The notes under the pieces were generated by a model that saw only the letters and a list, made by a program, of their open reading frames with translations, did not search any database and was not told the origin of the DNA. 64,000 nucleotides of DNA from an uncultured bacterium. Lineage in GTDB: Bacteria > Acidobacteriota > Aminicenantia > UBA2199. Position 1 is the first letter of the stretch. The number at the start of each line of letters is the position of its first letter. Positions 9,994 through 21,606 of this stretch are shown here, piece by piece. Made by a program: the position numbers and the translations under genes. The DNA lies in NCBI GenBank assembly GCA_965371805.1, contig CBDUZW010000007.1, forward strand, positions 56,119 to 120,118, written 5' to 3'.

Positions 9994-12066
9994 TTAATCA
10001 TTATTTATATTCAAATCCTTAGCAAGTAAATGTTTAAACCAAAATTTAACACTTTGCCTTGTAGAATGTACTCGTTTTTTACCACGCCATCCATGCCTTC
10101 CATCTGGATAAAGCATAAAAGAAAAATCTTTATTTAAATCCTGAAGTTTTGATAATAACTGGATTGAATTTTGTGGATGCACATTATCATCCATCTCTCC
10201 ATGCACAATATATAGTTTTCCCTTCAACATATCTGCATACTGCATGACAGAACCATTTTTATAACCTTCAGGATTTTCTTTCGGCATATCCATAAATCTC
10301 TCCACATAAACTGAATCGTAGAGTTTCCAATCAGTTACTGATGAGCTTGCAATCCCATGAGTAAAATAGTCTGCTCCCTTGGTTAAAGCCATACATGTAA
10401 CATATCCGCCATAGCTTCCGCCTGTAATTCCAATTTTTGTTAAATCTACAAAAGATTTTGTTCTTAACCATTTTACTGCAGCAATATAATCTTTCATCTC
10501 CCAATATCCAAGTTTTCTATGCATCATAGAAACCAACTTCTTTCCAAAATGACCGGATCCTCTATGATCTACTGAAAGTGTTATAATTCCATGTTGAGCC
10601 ATATAATAACTATAAAGTCTACTATAAGTATTATAAACTGATGCAGCGTTAGGACCTCCATATATTGATATCAAAACAGGATATTTTTTGTTTTTATCGA
10701 AATCTGGAGGAAGTATCCATTTTCCTGGAAGCATAAGTCCGCCTTCAGCAGGAATTTCAAGCATTTCTGCCTTTCCTAAATTCCAGTCATCAAAATTTTT
10801 AGCAGGACTGTCTCCAAGAGTTTTTCTAAGTTGTCCATTTATGGAATACAACTCAATTTTAGATGGAGATGATATATTGCTGTAGGTATCTATATAATAT
10901 TTAAATGTAGATGATATTTTAAACTTATGATATCCAGGTTTTTTTGATAGTTGTTTTAATCCTTTACCATTAAACCCCACTCTAAAGAGGTGATTATTTA
11001 TAGAACTTTTATTAAATCCAGAAAAATAGATATTTTTTTTTCTTTCATCTATTTTCTCTATGGCTCTAACTCTCCAGTTTCCACTAGTGATTCTGTTTAT
11101 TAATTTACCCTGCATACTATAGTGATATAAATGAGCCCATCCATCCTTATCTGACTTTAAAATAAATCCTTTATTTCCTTTTAAAATATGTAAATCTTCA
11201 AAAAACTCAACCCAGCTTTTTTGTTTTTCACTATAAACAAGCTTAGTCTTCCCAGTTTTCAAATTTACATTATAAATCACTAAATGGTCCTGTCCCCTAT
11301 TCATATCCTGAAAAAAGAGTTTTGTTCCTTCAGGATTCCACTTTGGAAATGAGATATATTTGTCTTTTCCCACACCTGTATCAACCCAGAGAAGGTTCCT
11401 ATTGTTTAAATCATAAACACCTAGTTTTACTTCAGGGTTTGGATCTCCTGGTTTTGGATAAGCTGTTACTTCCACATCACCATGAACACCCTTACTTCTT
11501 GTAAGTGTGAAATTTGGTACTTTATTATTATCAAATCTCAAGAATACAATTCTTCTGCTATCAGGAGACCACCAGAATGCTTTATAGTTTGATCTGCGGC
11601 CAAGAATTTCTTCATAATAGATCCACGAAGCATATCCATTAAAAATTTTATCAGAGCCATCTTTAGTTATTTTTTTTTCAACTCCGGTTTTTATGTTTTT
11701 TATGTATAAATTTCTATCTTTCGTAAAAGCTAGAGATTTTTTATCAGGTGAAAATGTCTGATTAATCATATTGTCACTCTTTTTTGCAAGAAAAGTATTT
11801 TGCATTTTATAAACTTTTTTCTTACCACTAACTGCATTAACAAGATAATTGAATCTATTCCCTTTATTGTCAGTCTCACTCTGAAGGAATTGTTTTGAAT
11901 CAACCCACTTAATAATAGAAGGGAGTGTTTTAAAGCAAGTTTCTCCTTTGCCTAAATAAACCTGCTTATAAGTTAGTTTTTTACTAAATAGACTCACTGT
12001 TCCAGTAAAAAAAGAGAAAATTAAAATGATAATTACTAAAAAAATAATTCCATACCTTACTTTCAT
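9994..12066 (-). CDS. S9-family dipeptidyl-peptidase (DPP IV-like) with N-terminal beta-propeller
   Basis: 690 aa with an N-terminal TM/signal segment and a GGSYGGY nucleophile elbow. The C-terminal alpha/beta hydrolase has D and H residues (…VHGEMDDNVHPQNS…). Confidence 0.8.
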   Translation of the reverse strand: MKVRYGIIFLVIIILIFSFFTGTVSLFSKKLTYKQVYLGKGETCFKTLPSIIKWVDSKQFLQSETDNKGNRFNYLVNAVSGKKKVYKMQNTFLAKKSDNMINQTFSPDKKSLAFTKDRNLYIKNIKTGVEKKITKDGSDKIFNGYASWIYYEEILGRRSNYKAFWWSPDSRRIVFLRFDNNKVPNFTLTRSKGVHGDVEVTAYPKPGDPNPEVKLGVYDLNNRNLLWVDTGVGKDKYISFPKWNPEGTKLFFQDMNRGQDHLVIYNVNLKTGKTKLVYSEKQKSWVEFFEDLHILKGNKGFILKSDKDGWAHLYHYSMQGKLINRITSGNWRVRAIEKIDERKKNIYFSGFNKSSINNHLFRVGFNGKGLKQLSKKPGYHKFKISSTFKYYIDTYSNISSPSKIELYSINGQLRKTLGDSPAKNFDDWNLGKAEMLEIPAEGGLMLPGKWILPPDFDKNKKYPVLISIYGGPNAASVYNTYSRLYSYYMAQHGIITLSVDHRGSGHFGKKLVSMMHRKLGYWEMKDYIAAVKWLRTKSFVDLTKIGITGGSYGGYVTCMALTKGADYFTHGIASSSVTDWKLYDSVYVERFMDMPKENPEGYKNGSVMQYADMLKGKLYIVHGEMDDNVHPQNSIQLLSKLQDLNKDFSFMLYPDGRHGWRGKKRVHSTRQSVKFWFKHLLAKDLNINND

Positions 12067-12327
12067 AAAAAACCTCCATTCGATTAGAAAATATTATACA
12101 ATATATAAAGAAGACTGCAAGAATAATAAGAATGTAACGCTTGATTTTTATTTAAAATAAATATCTTTATTTCATTGAATTCTATAATTTACCATAATAA
12201 CCCCTCCTGCTATTTTTTTTTTGAAGTGATAAAATTTTAAAAATTCAATAAGAATGAACATTCAAGTTCGATTCTTTATTTTGTAAAAATAAAATGTTAT
12301 AATATAGCATAAATTTATTTATGGAAT

Positions 12328-12708
12328 ATGAATCCAATAAAACAAAAAATTATGATCTTCGTTGGTTTTGTGTCAATATTAATCGGAGTCTTAGGCATTT
12401 TTATCCCCCTACTTCCAACAACACCTTTTTTGCTATTATCCGGATTTCTCTTTTCAAAAAGTTCATCTAAATTTCATTACTGGTTATTGAATCATAAATA
12501 TCTAGGGAAATATTTAAAAAACTATTCTGAAAAAAAAGGCATACCTATTAAAGCAAAACTATTAACAATCTTATTATTGTGGATAACAATAACAACATCA
12601 GCTATATTAATTGTTGATGTTATTTGGGTAAAATTTTTATTATTAATTATCGCAATTGCTGTTACAGTTCATTTAATAGTTATCCCTGTATATAAAGAAA
12701 AAAAATAA
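12328..12708 (+). CDS. DUF454/YbaN-family inner membrane protein
   Basis: IPLLPTTPFLLLSGFLFSKSS…HYWLLNHKY is the signature of the YbaN family. Size is 126 aa. Confidence 0.7.
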   Translation: MNPIKQKIMIFVGFVSILIGVLGIFIPLLPTTPFLLLSGFLFSKSSSKFHYWLLNHKYLGKYLKNYSEKKGIPIKAKLLTILLLWITITTSAILIVDVIWVKFLLLIIAIAVTVHLIVIPVYKEKK

Positions 12709-12732
12709 AATAATTATTATAACAGCGCTGGA

Positions 12733-14283
12733 CTATATTAATATTCCAGCTCCAGGTCCAACTGGAATCCCAATCAGCATCCATATTATAAGAAGTATTG
12801 TCCATAATATAAAGAATACTATACTATATGGGAGCATCAGAGCAATGACTGATCCTATCCCGGCTTTTCTATCATATTTTTCAACAAAAGCGACTATCAA
12901 TGCAAAATAGGACATCATTGGAGCTATAATATTTGTAGTACTATCCCCGATCCTATAAACAACCTGAACAAATTCAGGACTGTATCCGATCAACATAAAT
13001 AATGGAATAAACACCGGAGCCATTATTGCCCACTTAGCCGATGCGCTCCCCATAATAAGGTTAAGTAAAGCAGATACTATAATAAACATTACCATCAATG
13101 GAATTCCTCCCAATCCGGTTGCTTTCAATCCCTCTGCTCCCTTTACAGCGACAATGAGACCAATTTTTGTCCAATTAAAAAATGCGACGAATTGAGCCGC
13201 AAAAAACACAAGTACAATATATGATCCCATAGAGTTCATAGATTTTGCCATCCCCTTCATGAGATCCTTATCACTTTTTATTGTTTTTGCTCCAATTCCA
13301 AATGCAACACTAAGTATTACACCAAGCATAAAAATGACTGCAACAATACCCTTAAAAAGTGGAGATTTTAATATACTTCCTGTTGCAGGATCTCTCAGAA
13401 AACCATTTGCCGGCAAAATACCCAATAAAATAATTACAAAAACGATACTCATCGCAATCAATGTAAAGCGTAAGCCTCTTCTTTCCAGATCAGTCAGCTC
13501 ATCAAGTTTATCCGTATTCTCATCCTTAATTGGTAGTTCATTATTATTTTCGGTTTTTTTCAGTCTTGGTTCTACAATTTTTTCAGTAACAAAAGTACCT
13601 GCAAAAGTAATTAAGAATGTTGATGCCACCATAAAATAATAATTACAGGCAGGATTTACTAAATAAGCAAGATCTACTATATGAGCAGCTTCTTCTGAGA
13701 TTCCAGATAAGAGAGGATCAATTGTACCTAATAATAGATTGGCACTATATCCTCCAGAGACCCCAGCAAAGGCTGCTGCCAATCCGGCAAGAGGGTTTCT
13801 CCCTACTGACTTGAATATTATAGCTGCAAGGGGGACCAGTAGAACATACCCTACTCCACTTGCAATATTCGACATAACTCCTGCAAAAACGATTACCATT
13901 GTAAGATATCTTGGAGGCGCAGAGAGCACTAGTTTTTTTAGTGCAGCACCGATCAGTCCGGTACTCTCAGCAAGACCAATACCCAACATCGCGACCAATA
14001 CAGTACCAAGAGGTGCAAACCCTGTAAAATTCTTGACCATCTGAGAGAGGATTCTATGCAATCCATCTATAGTCATCAAACTTATAGGTTTAATTACTTC
14101 CTTTGTCCCCGGATGAATAACAGAAAGATCCAGTCGAACGACCAGTTCAGATATCAAAATGATAAGAACAGCAAAAATTGCAAACAAAGTCGCAGGATGA
14201 GGCAGTGCATTTCCTATTTTTTCAACTAGATCCAAAAACCTAGCAACCATGTTCCTTGAACCAATTTTTTTTATATCATTCAT
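12733..14283 (-). CDS. AbgT-family transporter (p-aminobenzoyl-glutamate/dipeptide-type)
   Basis: 516-aa polytopic membrane protein with an N-terminal …[26 protein letters not shown]… segment characteristic of AbgT/MtrF. Confidence 0.75.
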   Translation of the reverse strand: MNDIKKIGSRNMVARFLDLVEKIGNALPHPATLFAIFAVLIILISELVVRLDLSVIHPGTKEVIKPISLMTIDGLHRILSQMVKNFTGFAPLGTVLVAMLGIGLAESTGLIGAALKKLVLSAPPRYLTMVIVFAGVMSNIASGVGYVLLVPLAAIIFKSVGRNPLAGLAAAFAGVSGGYSANLLLGTIDPLLSGISEEAAHIVDLAYLVNPACNYYFMVASTFLITFAGTFVTEKIVEPRLKKTENNNELPIKDENTDKLDELTDLERRGLRFTLIAMSIVFVIILLGILPANGFLRDPATGSILKSPLFKGIVAVIFMLGVILSVAFGIGAKTIKSDKDLMKGMAKSMNSMGSYIVLVFFAAQFVAFFNWTKIGLIVAVKGAEGLKATGLGGIPLMVMFIIVSALLNLIMGSASAKWAIMAPVFIPLFMLIGYSPEFVQVVYRIGDSTTNIIAPMMSYFALIVAFVEKYDRKAGIGSVIALMLPYSIVFFILWTILLIIWMLIGIPVGPGAGILI

Positions 14284-14749
14284 TTTCTATCTCCATTTCT
14301 TTTGTATCCCTATCTTTCCAGTATAAACAAAATTCAAATTCACTTTCATTGAATCTGGTTTTAAAAGCCTTTTTATTTTTAATTTCACTATTGATCATAC
14401 AGAATTTCTTCTTCTGGTCAAATTTTTCACATTGATAGCAGAGAGTTTGAAAAGATGGATTTTCAAGGATCGTTTTTCTAAACTCCATTCTTTTATTTCT
14501 CTCGAATAACTCCTGAGAAATGGTTTGACTTTTTTCATTTTTCTGCTCTTTGGACCCTTTAATTGCTGATATAATTAATAATGCTGCCCCAACTCCAAAA
14601 GGTATTTTATATAAGTATCCATTAAAAATACTCTCTCCGGACAGTGATTCCAATATTAAGCCAAAACTACCTACTATCAGCGCGACTTTAAATCCTATCC
14701 AGGTCCAAAGCTGCTTGTCTTTAAAAATCGCATCAAAATAATACCCCAT
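14276..14749 (-). CDS. Hypothetical small membrane protein with C-terminal Cys cluster
   Basis: 157 aa with two predicted TM helices and a CYQCEKF…FC…FC cluster. It overlaps the AbgT start by 8 nt, suggesting an operon. Confidence 0.4.
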   Translation of the reverse strand: MGYYFDAIFKDKQLWTWIGFKVALIVGSFGLILESLSGESIFNGYLYKIPFGVGAALLIISAIKGSKEQKNEKSQTISQELFERNKRMEFRKTILENPSFQTLCYQCEKFDQKKKFCMINSEIKNKKAFKTRFNESEFEFCLYWKDRDTKEMEIENE

Positions 14750-14774
14750 CTCTATCCTATTAGTTCTATCTCCT

Positions 14775-16862
14775 TTATTTTCCCATCAATTTCTTATAGA
14801 GATATACATAACCCAAAGTGGCCATGTATGCATGTTGTTTGTTATTTGCAGCTCCACCATGACCACCTTCAATATTTTCATAATAGTATACCTTATGACC
14901 CTGCTCAATCATTCTCGCAACCATTTTTCTAGCATGTGCAGGATGAACTCTATCATCTCTTGTTGATGTAGTAAAAAAGACTTCAGGGTAATTTATCCCT
15001 TTTTTTACATTATGATAAGGGGAATATTTTTTTATATAATTCCACATCTCCGGTTTATCAGGATCTCCATATTCAGCAGCCCAGCTGGCTCCTGCAAGAA
15101 GTTTTGTGTATCTCTTCATGTCTAATAATGGAACCTGACAAACTACCGCATTAAACAGATCAGGTCTAAGTACAAAAACAGCTCCTACAAGAAGGCCGCC
15201 ATTACTTCCTCCCTGAATTCCTAATTTTTTGGGAGATGTAATCTTTCTTTTTATAAGATCTTCTGCAATAGCTATAAAATCTTCAAAAGATTTCAATCTA
15301 TTCAATTTTAAAGCCGCCTGATGCCATTTTGGTCCAAATTCTCCACCACCTCTGATGTTTGCCAAAACATATACTCCATCATTTTTCAACCACGCATTTC
15401 CAACTGTGCCTGAATAGAAAGGTTGTTCAGATACTTGAAAACCTCCATAACCATAGAGTAAAGTAGGATTATTTCCATCGAGTTTTAAATCCTTTCTCTT
15501 TATAATAAAGTAAGGCACCTTTGTTCCATCCTTGGAAATAGCCATATTCTGTTTTACATCAAATGGAGATGCATCAAACAAGACTGGTGCACTTTTAAGG
15601 AGTTCTTTTTGTTCAGATTTCCCGGAAACCATATAAAGACTTGAAGGAGTTAAGAAATTTTTAAAGTTTACAAAAAAATCATCACTCTTTTCATTAGTAT
15701 TAAATACTGATAAAGTTCCATTGGATTTAATTATAATTTCAGTTTTATCCCAATTTCCTTTTTTATTTTTTGAGTATTTAAAGAGTTTATTTACAACATT
15801 ATCTAAAACTGTCACAAGAATATAATTCTTTGTTGTATTGATTCCACCAATTGACATCCTATCTGTTGGCTGTATTAGAAGTTTAAAATTCATTATGTTT
15901 TTTATAAGATCCTCTAAGGAACCAAGAAGCACTGAACCCTGTTTAAAAGTTATATCATCTAACTTATAGTCACTTTTCAACTTTATTAATACTTGCTTTT
16001 TAAATATACCTAAAAAATCTGCATCAAGAGGAATCTTCAATTCAATAAGCTTCCCTTTCTTTAATATAAATTTCTTTGATTTGTAAAAAGTTATCCCTTC
16101 AAGAACAAAATCAATATTGCCTTCCTCACTGAAAGATCTTCCTGCATATGCCCATATTGATTTTTCACTTGCTTCATATATCGTTTTTGCATTCTTTAAA
16201 GGAGTTCCTCTTTTCCAAATTTTCACAATTCTTGGATATCCTGATTTTGTAAGACTCCCTTTACCAAAATCTGTGCCAACAAAAACAGTATCCTTATCAA
16301 TCCATCCAATATTTGATTTTGCCTCAGGCAGATAAAAGCCATCTTTGACAAATTCTTTTTTTGCTATATCAAATTCTCTTACAACTTTCGCATCTGCTCC
16401 ACCAACAGATAGATTTATAAGACAAATATTATAATCAGGATAGAGTCGATCCATTCCTTTATAAACCCAATTTTTGTTTTCTTTTTTAGCAAGGGCATCA
16501 ATATCTAATATAATTTCCCATTTTGGATCTTTTTTTTTATACTCTTCAAGAGTAGTTCTTCTATAAACCCCTCTCTGATGCTTGGCATCCTTCCAGAAAT
16601 TATAAAAATATTTCCCGATTTTTGAAGCATAGGGAATTCTCTTTTTAGAGTCATATATGCTTAGAAGTCTTTTATTTAATTCAATAAAACCAGGAACTTT
16701 TTCTAAAACACCTGTCGTTTCTGCATTTATCTGCTTAACCCAATCCAACGATTTTTTAGCCTCAACTTTTTCAAGCCATAGATATGGGTCTTTTTCTGTC
16801 TCTGCATAAGCCATATTAAAACCTAATAAAAAAACCAGTAAAACTATAAAACATTTATTCAT
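14775..16862 (-). CDS. Prolyl oligopeptidase (S9A prolyl endopeptidase), secreted
   Basis: A signal peptide is followed by the DPYLWLE start typical of POP family enzymes. It has a GGSNGGLL nucleophile motif and a C-terminal catalytic domain. Size is 695 aa. Confidence 0.85.
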   Translation of the reverse strand: MNKCFIVLLVFLLGFNMAYAETEKDPYLWLEKVEAKKSLDWVKQINAETTGVLEKVPGFIELNKRLLSIYDSKKRIPYASKIGKYFYNFWKDAKHQRGVYRRTTLEEYKKKDPKWEIILDIDALAKKENKNWVYKGMDRLYPDYNICLINLSVGGADAKVVREFDIAKKEFVKDGFYLPEAKSNIGWIDKDTVFVGTDFGKGSLTKSGYPRIVKIWKRGTPLKNAKTIYEASEKSIWAYAGRSFSEEGNIDFVLEGITFYKSKKFILKKGKLIELKIPLDADFLGIFKKQVLIKLKSDYKLDDITFKQGSVLLGSLEDLIKNIMNFKLLIQPTDRMSIGGINTTKNYILVTVLDNVVNKLFKYSKNKKGNWDKTEIIIKSNGTLSVFNTNEKSDDFFVNFKNFLTPSSLYMVSGKSEQKELLKSAPVLFDASPFDVKQNMAISKDGTKVPYFIIKRKDLKLDGNNPTLLYGYGGFQVSEQPFYSGTVGNAWLKNDGVYVLANIRGGGEFGPKWHQAALKLNRLKSFEDFIAIAEDLIKRKITSPKKLGIQGGSNGGLLVGAVFVLRPDLFNAVVCQVPLLDMKRYTKLLAGASWAAEYGDPDKPEMWNYIKKYSPYHNVKKGINYPEVFFTTSTRDDRVHPAHARKMVARMIEQGHKVYYYENIEGGHGGAANNKQHAYMATLGYVYLYKKLMGK

Positions 16863-16882
16863 ATATTTCCTCCATTAAAATC

Positions 16883-18166
16883 TTATTTATTCTTAAATTT
16901 ATACAATAATTCAAACCGAAGCCAGTGATATGAAGAGGCACCTTTCAGATAAAAATTACCAGGCTTAAATGTCTCAAATACCATATGTCCTGTTAAGGAA
17001 GAGTTCAACTTTACATTTAGTTTGGAAGTAAACAAAACCCCTCTATTCCTACCTGCTCCGCTTAAAAAGCCATCTTTAATCTTTGAATATTCAGGTGCAT
17101 TCAGTAAATGAGCGGCCATATTTAATCCAATTTTTTTTGAAACATTTATCTTAACTCCGGCATAGAGAGAAGTGAGATTTGACCAATTTGCGACACCATT
17201 CTCTTTAATTAGTGTATAAATATATGATTCACTCCATTTTGGCCATCGTGAAAAAAGCGGGTCCCAGCCTTCATGTTTTTCTGTTTTTTGATCATCACCA
17301 CTTAAATAAATTCCGCCCAATGTAAATACAGGACCTGATTTTTCCTGACTCAGATTATAATCCAGGTGATAATAGCCTCCAAATGCAGATCGCTTAGCAT
17401 CCCCAATATAACCAGTCTGAAAAGCAGCTTCAGTTGTAAGAGAGATGTTTTTTTTAAAATGAATTATTGACCTTAATCCATATGTATTAATACCGGATGT
17501 ATTGACAGTAGATTCTATGTTTTTTGTGTTTTTCCTAATATAGTATGATTCAATATTTATATCTCTAAAAATACCTGAGTAATAGACGCCAAATCCTTCT
17601 TCCGGCAGTTCAATTAAATTCTTATCTCTTGAATTTATGATTGGCAGTAAATCATCATTTACATCCTGAAATCCATAAAAAAGTGTGATTTTGCCTGTAT
17701 TAAGTTTATAATCTGCTCGAAGTGCATTAAAATATACTGATCTGGAACCATCCAGTGGATGATAATCCAATAAGACAAAGCCTTCACCCATTATAATATT
17801 CTGTCGGCCGGCAGTAATTGAAAATGGCAGCCCAAACAGTTTACTAAGTTTTACAAATAATTGATCAAAAATAATTTCATCAACATTAAAATCTCTGTTT
17901 TCCGGAAGAAAGTAGACCCTATTTTCATTGGTGAGTTTAAACTTAAAGTCAAAATTTGACAAGGGTTTCCAACTAAGTGAAAAAGTTGTTTTTTGTCTGG
18001 TAAAGGAAAACTTATCATTGAGATCATTATCAAGATCAATAGCATTATCCCAGGTTACATATCGAACTCTTTCTGTAAATTCAAAATTCAGTTTTTCAGA
18101 TCCATAAAAGAATCCTGTAAACAGTGTTATAACAATAATAAATAGTGCTTTCCGATGCATTTTCAT
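16883..18166 (-). CDS. Hypothetical outer-membrane beta-barrel protein
   Basis: Has a signal peptide. Alternating amphipathic strands run throughout and are rich in Y/F/G/N. Size is 427 aa. Confidence 0.45.
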   Translation of the reverse strand: MKMHRKALFIIVITLFTGFFYGSEKLNFEFTERVRYVTWDNAIDLDNDLNDKFSFTRQKTTFSLSWKPLSNFDFKFKLTNENRVYFLPENRDFNVDEIIFDQLFVKLSKLFGLPFSITAGRQNIIMGEGFVLLDYHPLDGSRSVYFNALRADYKLNTGKITLFYGFQDVNDDLLPIINSRDKNLIELPEEGFGVYYSGIFRDINIESYYIRKNTKNIESTVNTSGINTYGLRSIIHFKKNISLTTEAAFQTGYIGDAKRSAFGGYYHLDYNLSQEKSGPVFTLGGIYLSGDDQKTEKHEGWDPLFSRWPKWSESYIYTLIKENGVANWSNLTSLYAGVKINVSKKIGLNMAAHLLNAPEYSKIKDGFLSGAGRNRGVLFTSKLNVKLNSSLTGHMVFETFKPGNFYLKGASSYHWLRFELLYKFKNK

Positions 18167-18291
18167 TTCCTCTTTTTATATTGATTTATAAATTAATTTC
18201 TTAAATATAATTATACACAAAAATTGAATTAAAATCTATTCTATAATACAAAGAGTGAATATTATATAAAAAAAATAATAAAAAATTTAAT

Positions 18292-18308
18292 TTGTAACAA
18301 TTGGTACA
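18292..18308 (+). promoter_or_regulatory. Candidate operator (imperfect palindrome TTGTAAC-AATT-GGTACA) upstream of hcp
   Basis: Near-palindromic GTAAC-N4-GGTAC lies ~50 bp upstream of the hcp start. It resembles GTAAC-N4-GTTAC-type HcpR/CRP-FNR sites with one mismatch. Confidence 0.25.
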
Positions 18309-18359
18309 GACTTTATCCAGACATAGGTATAAAATCCACAGATTAAAAAGGAGGAAAAC

Positions 18360-20012
18360 ATGAGTATGTTTTGTTATCAATGTCAGGAAGCTGCAAAAGG
18401 AACTGGATGCACTGGTTCTATTGGAGTTTGTGGAATAAGCGATAAGTCAATAAATTTACAGGACTTATCAGTATATTTATTAAAGGGTCTCTCTTTGTTC
18501 AGTAATAAAGCAAGAGAATTAGGTAAAAACAGTATTAAAGTAGACAGGTTTATAACCGACACACTATTTGCAACTATTACAAATGCGAATTTTACTACAG
18601 AATATTTTATTGATACCATTAAAAAAGGTTTTGAATTAAGAGAAGAATTAAAAAGCCTTATTACAGAAGCAGGCGGCACATTCGAAGATATTCAACATGA
18701 TTCTTCACAGTGGACAGCTGATTCGGAAGAAGATTTTCAAAAAAAAGCTGAAGTGGTTGGAAGTGAGATAGATGCACCGGATGAAGATACCAGATCGCTA
18801 AGAGCTTTAATTCTATACGGTCTTAAAGGAGTTGCAGCCTATATGCAGCATGCAACGAATCTGGGTTATGAAAAACAGGAACTTTATGCATTCATGCAAA
18901 AAGCCCTTGCTTCACTTACAGATGATTCTATATCAACAGATGATAATATTGCCATGGTTTTAAAAACCGGAGAAAATGCAGTTGGTGCAATGGCTCTACT
19001 GGATCAGGCAAATACTGAATCTTATGGCAACCCGGAAATAACAGAAGTAAATATTGGTGTGGGAAAAAATCCAGGTATTTTAATCTCAGGTCATGATCTT
19101 AAAGACATGGAAGAACTCTTAAAACAAACAGATGGTACCGGAGTTGACGTTTACACCCATAGTGAAATGCTGCCGGCAAATTACTATCCGGCATTTAAGA
19201 AATACAGTCACTTTGTTGGTAACTATGGCAATGCATGGTGGAAACAGGATAAAGAGTTTGATTCATTTAATGGTCCAATTCTTATGACAACAAACTGTAT
19301 TACACCGGTAAAAAAAAGTTATGAAAATAGAATTTTTACAACAGGAGTCGTTGGATATCCAAATGTAAAACATATTGATGAAGTTGACAAGAAAAAAGAT
19401 TTTTCAGAATTAATCACATTGGCAAAAAAATGTGACGCACCTGTAGAACTGGAAACAGGGAAAATAATCGGTGGTTTTGCACATGATCAGGTAATGAAAC
19501 TGGCTGACAAAGTCGTTGATGCTGTTAAATCAGGTGCAATAAAGAGATTTGTGGTTATGGCAGGTTGTGACGGTAGACAGAATTCAAGAGGTTATTTTAC
19601 TGATGTTGCCAAAACACTACCAAAAGATTCTATTATTTTGACAGCAGGTTGTGCAAAGTATAGATATAATAAACTGGATCTTGGAGATATTGGCGGAATT
19701 CCAAGAGTACTTGATGCCGGTCAATGTAATGACTCTTATTCACTTGCTTTAATTGCATTAAAATTAAAAGAGGTATTTGAATTGAATGATATCAATGATC
19801 TACCAATATCATTTGATATAGCATGGTATGAACAGAAAGCTATTGCAGTTTTACTCGCATTACTGCATCTCGGAGTTAAAGGGATCAGATTAGGACCCAC
19901 ACTTCCAGCATTCTTATCACCAAATGTTGCAAAGATTCTTGTTGATACTTTCAATATTAAACCAACTGGAGATGTTAACGAAGACGTAAATGCCATGATG
20001 GCAGGAAATTAA
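18360..20012 (+). CDS. hcp: Hydroxylamine reductase / hybrid-cluster protein
   Basis: N-terminal [23 protein letters not shown] cysteine cluster, 550 aa. An RBS (AAGGAGG) lies upstream. Confidence 0.92.
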   Translation: MSMFCYQCQEAAKGTGCTGSIGVCGISDKSINLQDLSVYLLKGLSLFSNKARELGKNSIKVDRFITDTLFATITNANFTTEYFIDTIKKGFELREELKSLITEAGGTFEDIQHDSSQWTADSEEDFQKKAEVVGSEIDAPDEDTRSLRALILYGLKGVAAYMQHATNLGYEKQELYAFMQKALASLTDDSISTDDNIAMVLKTGENAVGAMALLDQANTESYGNPEITEVNIGVGKNPGILISGHDLKDMEELLKQTDGTGVDVYTHSEMLPANYYPAFKKYSHFVGNYGNAWWKQDKEFDSFNGPILMTTNCITPVKKSYENRIFTTGVVGYPNVKHIDEVDKKKDFSELITLAKKCDAPVELETGKIIGGFAHDQVMKLADKVVDAVKSGAIKRFVVMAGCDGRQNSRGYFTDVAKTLPKDSIILTAGCAKYRYNKLDLGDIGGIPRVLDAGQCNDSYSLALIALKLKEVFELNDINDLPISFDIAWYEQKAIAVLLALLHLGVKGIRLGPTLPAFLSPNVAKILVDTFNIKPTGDVNEDVNAMMAGN

Positions 20013-20018
20013 TAAATT

Positions 20019-20062
20019 TGCAGGAAGACAGTAGATTCTGTCTTCCTGCAATTCTTATTCAA
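20019..20062 (+). terminator. Rho-independent terminator after hcp
   Basis: Perfect 12-bp inverted repeat GCAGGAAGACAG…CTGTCTTCCTGC, followed by a T-rich tract. Confidence 0.6.
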
Positions 20063-20206
20063 AAGAGCTAAAATCAATAAAATAGTTTTTTTTTCAACTC
20101 TACAAGATTCAATATTTTCCTATGAATTCACTTTCATGAAGAATTCATTTGCAAATATTGTATTATTTTTTTTTGCTAAATTTCTAATTTCCAGGGTGTA
20201 AGAGTA

Positions 20207-20605
20207 TTACTTTATAATCCCATTTAAATAAAACCATTTACCTGATTCTTTAATAAATTCACTCACTTCAGTCATAGCTCCTGGAAAACCATCTTTAATA
20301 AAGCGTACGTAAAAAGTAACATAACCGGTATCGTCTGATTCTGTTCCCATATTTGTATCCTGAATTTCTAAACTGGTCCATTTTATTTCAGGATCATTGG
20401 GTATAACTTCAGGCCGTGTTGATGGATGCCAGGTATCCTCAATAAATGAATCTCTTCCTTTCATATAAGCACAATATCTTGCCCTCATAAGTAAAAGGGC
20501 TGTCTTAGGATCTTTACTTCCCTTATGATAAGGTTTACAACATTCCTTATAGTTTTTCCCTGAATGACAGGGACAATTACCAGTTGCTCTATTTTGTTTT
20601 CTCAT
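20207..20605 (-). CDS. SEC-C metal-binding domain protein (YchJ/UPF0225-like)
   Basis: N-terminal CPCHSGKNYKECC SEC-C motif. Size is 132 aa. Confidence 0.65.
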   Translation of the reverse strand: MRKQNRATGNCPCHSGKNYKECCKPYHKGSKDPKTALLLMRARYCAYMKGRDSFIEDTWHPSTRPEVIPNDPEIKWTSLEIQDTNMGTESDDTGYVTFYVRFIKDGFPGAMTEVSEFIKESGKWFYLNGIIK

Positions 20606-20798
20606 TAGTCTATAACTCCAATAAAATTATAGTCCTACTTCAAAGGATTGTCAATATTTTAATTATTTTATCTGTTTGGCTCTCAAATAGATAAACATTA
20701 TCTGTAGCTTTAAATAAGATATTTTATTTATAAAGTACATTTTGTAAATAATTTTGCATATAACAAATTGTACTTTCACAATTTAATATATTCCTATT

Positions 20799-21137
20799 CT
20801 AATATACCCTAAAAACAACTAATCCGGTTAATCCTCTAAAAATACCAGTTGTTGCAACAAGGGCGAAAAACCAGTTAATTCCGGGGAATTTTAGATAAAT
20901 TATTGCCATTGCCATCATTACTAATATTGAGTAAAAACTATCAGTCTTATGTACTAACTGCATATCTCTCTCATCAGGATCATATTTCAGGTGTGTTGTA
21001 ATTAAGCCAATCAGGAATGGGAAAAATGACAATAATATTCCTGTAACAGCTCCAAATTTAAGCATTAAGGGATAGGCAATGATCCCGGATAACAATTGTG
21101 TACTAAACATCCAATAAAAATTTCCTTTTAATTTCAT
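20799..21137 (-). CDS. Small integral membrane protein (DUF2975-like partner of HTH regulator)
   Basis: 112 aa with 3-4 TM helices. It overlaps the upstream XRE-HTH gene by 4 nt. Confidence 0.45.
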   Translation of the reverse strand: MKLKGNFYWMFSTQLLSGIIAYPLMLKFGAVTGILLSFFPFLIGLITTHLKYDPDERDMQLVHKTDSFYSILVMMAMAIIYLKFPGINWFFALVATTGIFRGLTGLVVFRVY

Positions 21138-21343
21138 TTTTCTTCTCCTTTTAAATAAAATACTTCCTCAACATGTGTTTTAAAAAAAGCTGCAATTTTA
21201 AGTGCAGATAATACAGAGGGTACAAATTTTCCTTTTTCAACTGAATTAATTGTCTGCCTGCTTAAGTTAACCTCTTTAGCCAATTGCTCTTGAGTAATAT
21301 TTCCTTTTGCTCTCCAAACCTTTAAATTATTTTCTATATCCAT
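21134..21343 (-). CDS. XRE/Cro-C1-type HTH transcriptional regulator (YozG-like)
   Basis: 69 aa. …ITQEQLAKEVNLSRQTINSVEKGK… is a classic HTH_XRE motif. Confidence 0.8.
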   Translation of the reverse strand: MDIENNLKVWRAKGNITQEQLAKEVNLSRQTINSVEKGKFVPSVLSALKIAAFFKTHVEEVFYLKGEEK

Positions 21344-21606
21344 ATACCACCTCCTACCAAATCAATAGTAATGTATTTTTTACTTTTTGTCAAGTTTGTT
21401 TTACGTTTTGTCTTCTACGCTTGTCTTTTAAAACAAAATAGAGATGAACATTTTATAGAATAATAAAAATCAGATCCTCTTAGTCCAACAAAGATGTTTT
21501 TTTGATTTTTTTTAGTAGAGAAAAAGAACTACTATATCATTATATATTTGAGTTGAATAAGTCTTTATAGAATACTTTGAAAAAAAATTATAAAATCTAA
21601 TTGTAT

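Noticed and set aside
13259-14044. ORFs of 126 and 101 aa antisense within the AbgT gene
   Set aside because: They are antisense to a confident transporter CDS, with no RBS and no motif.
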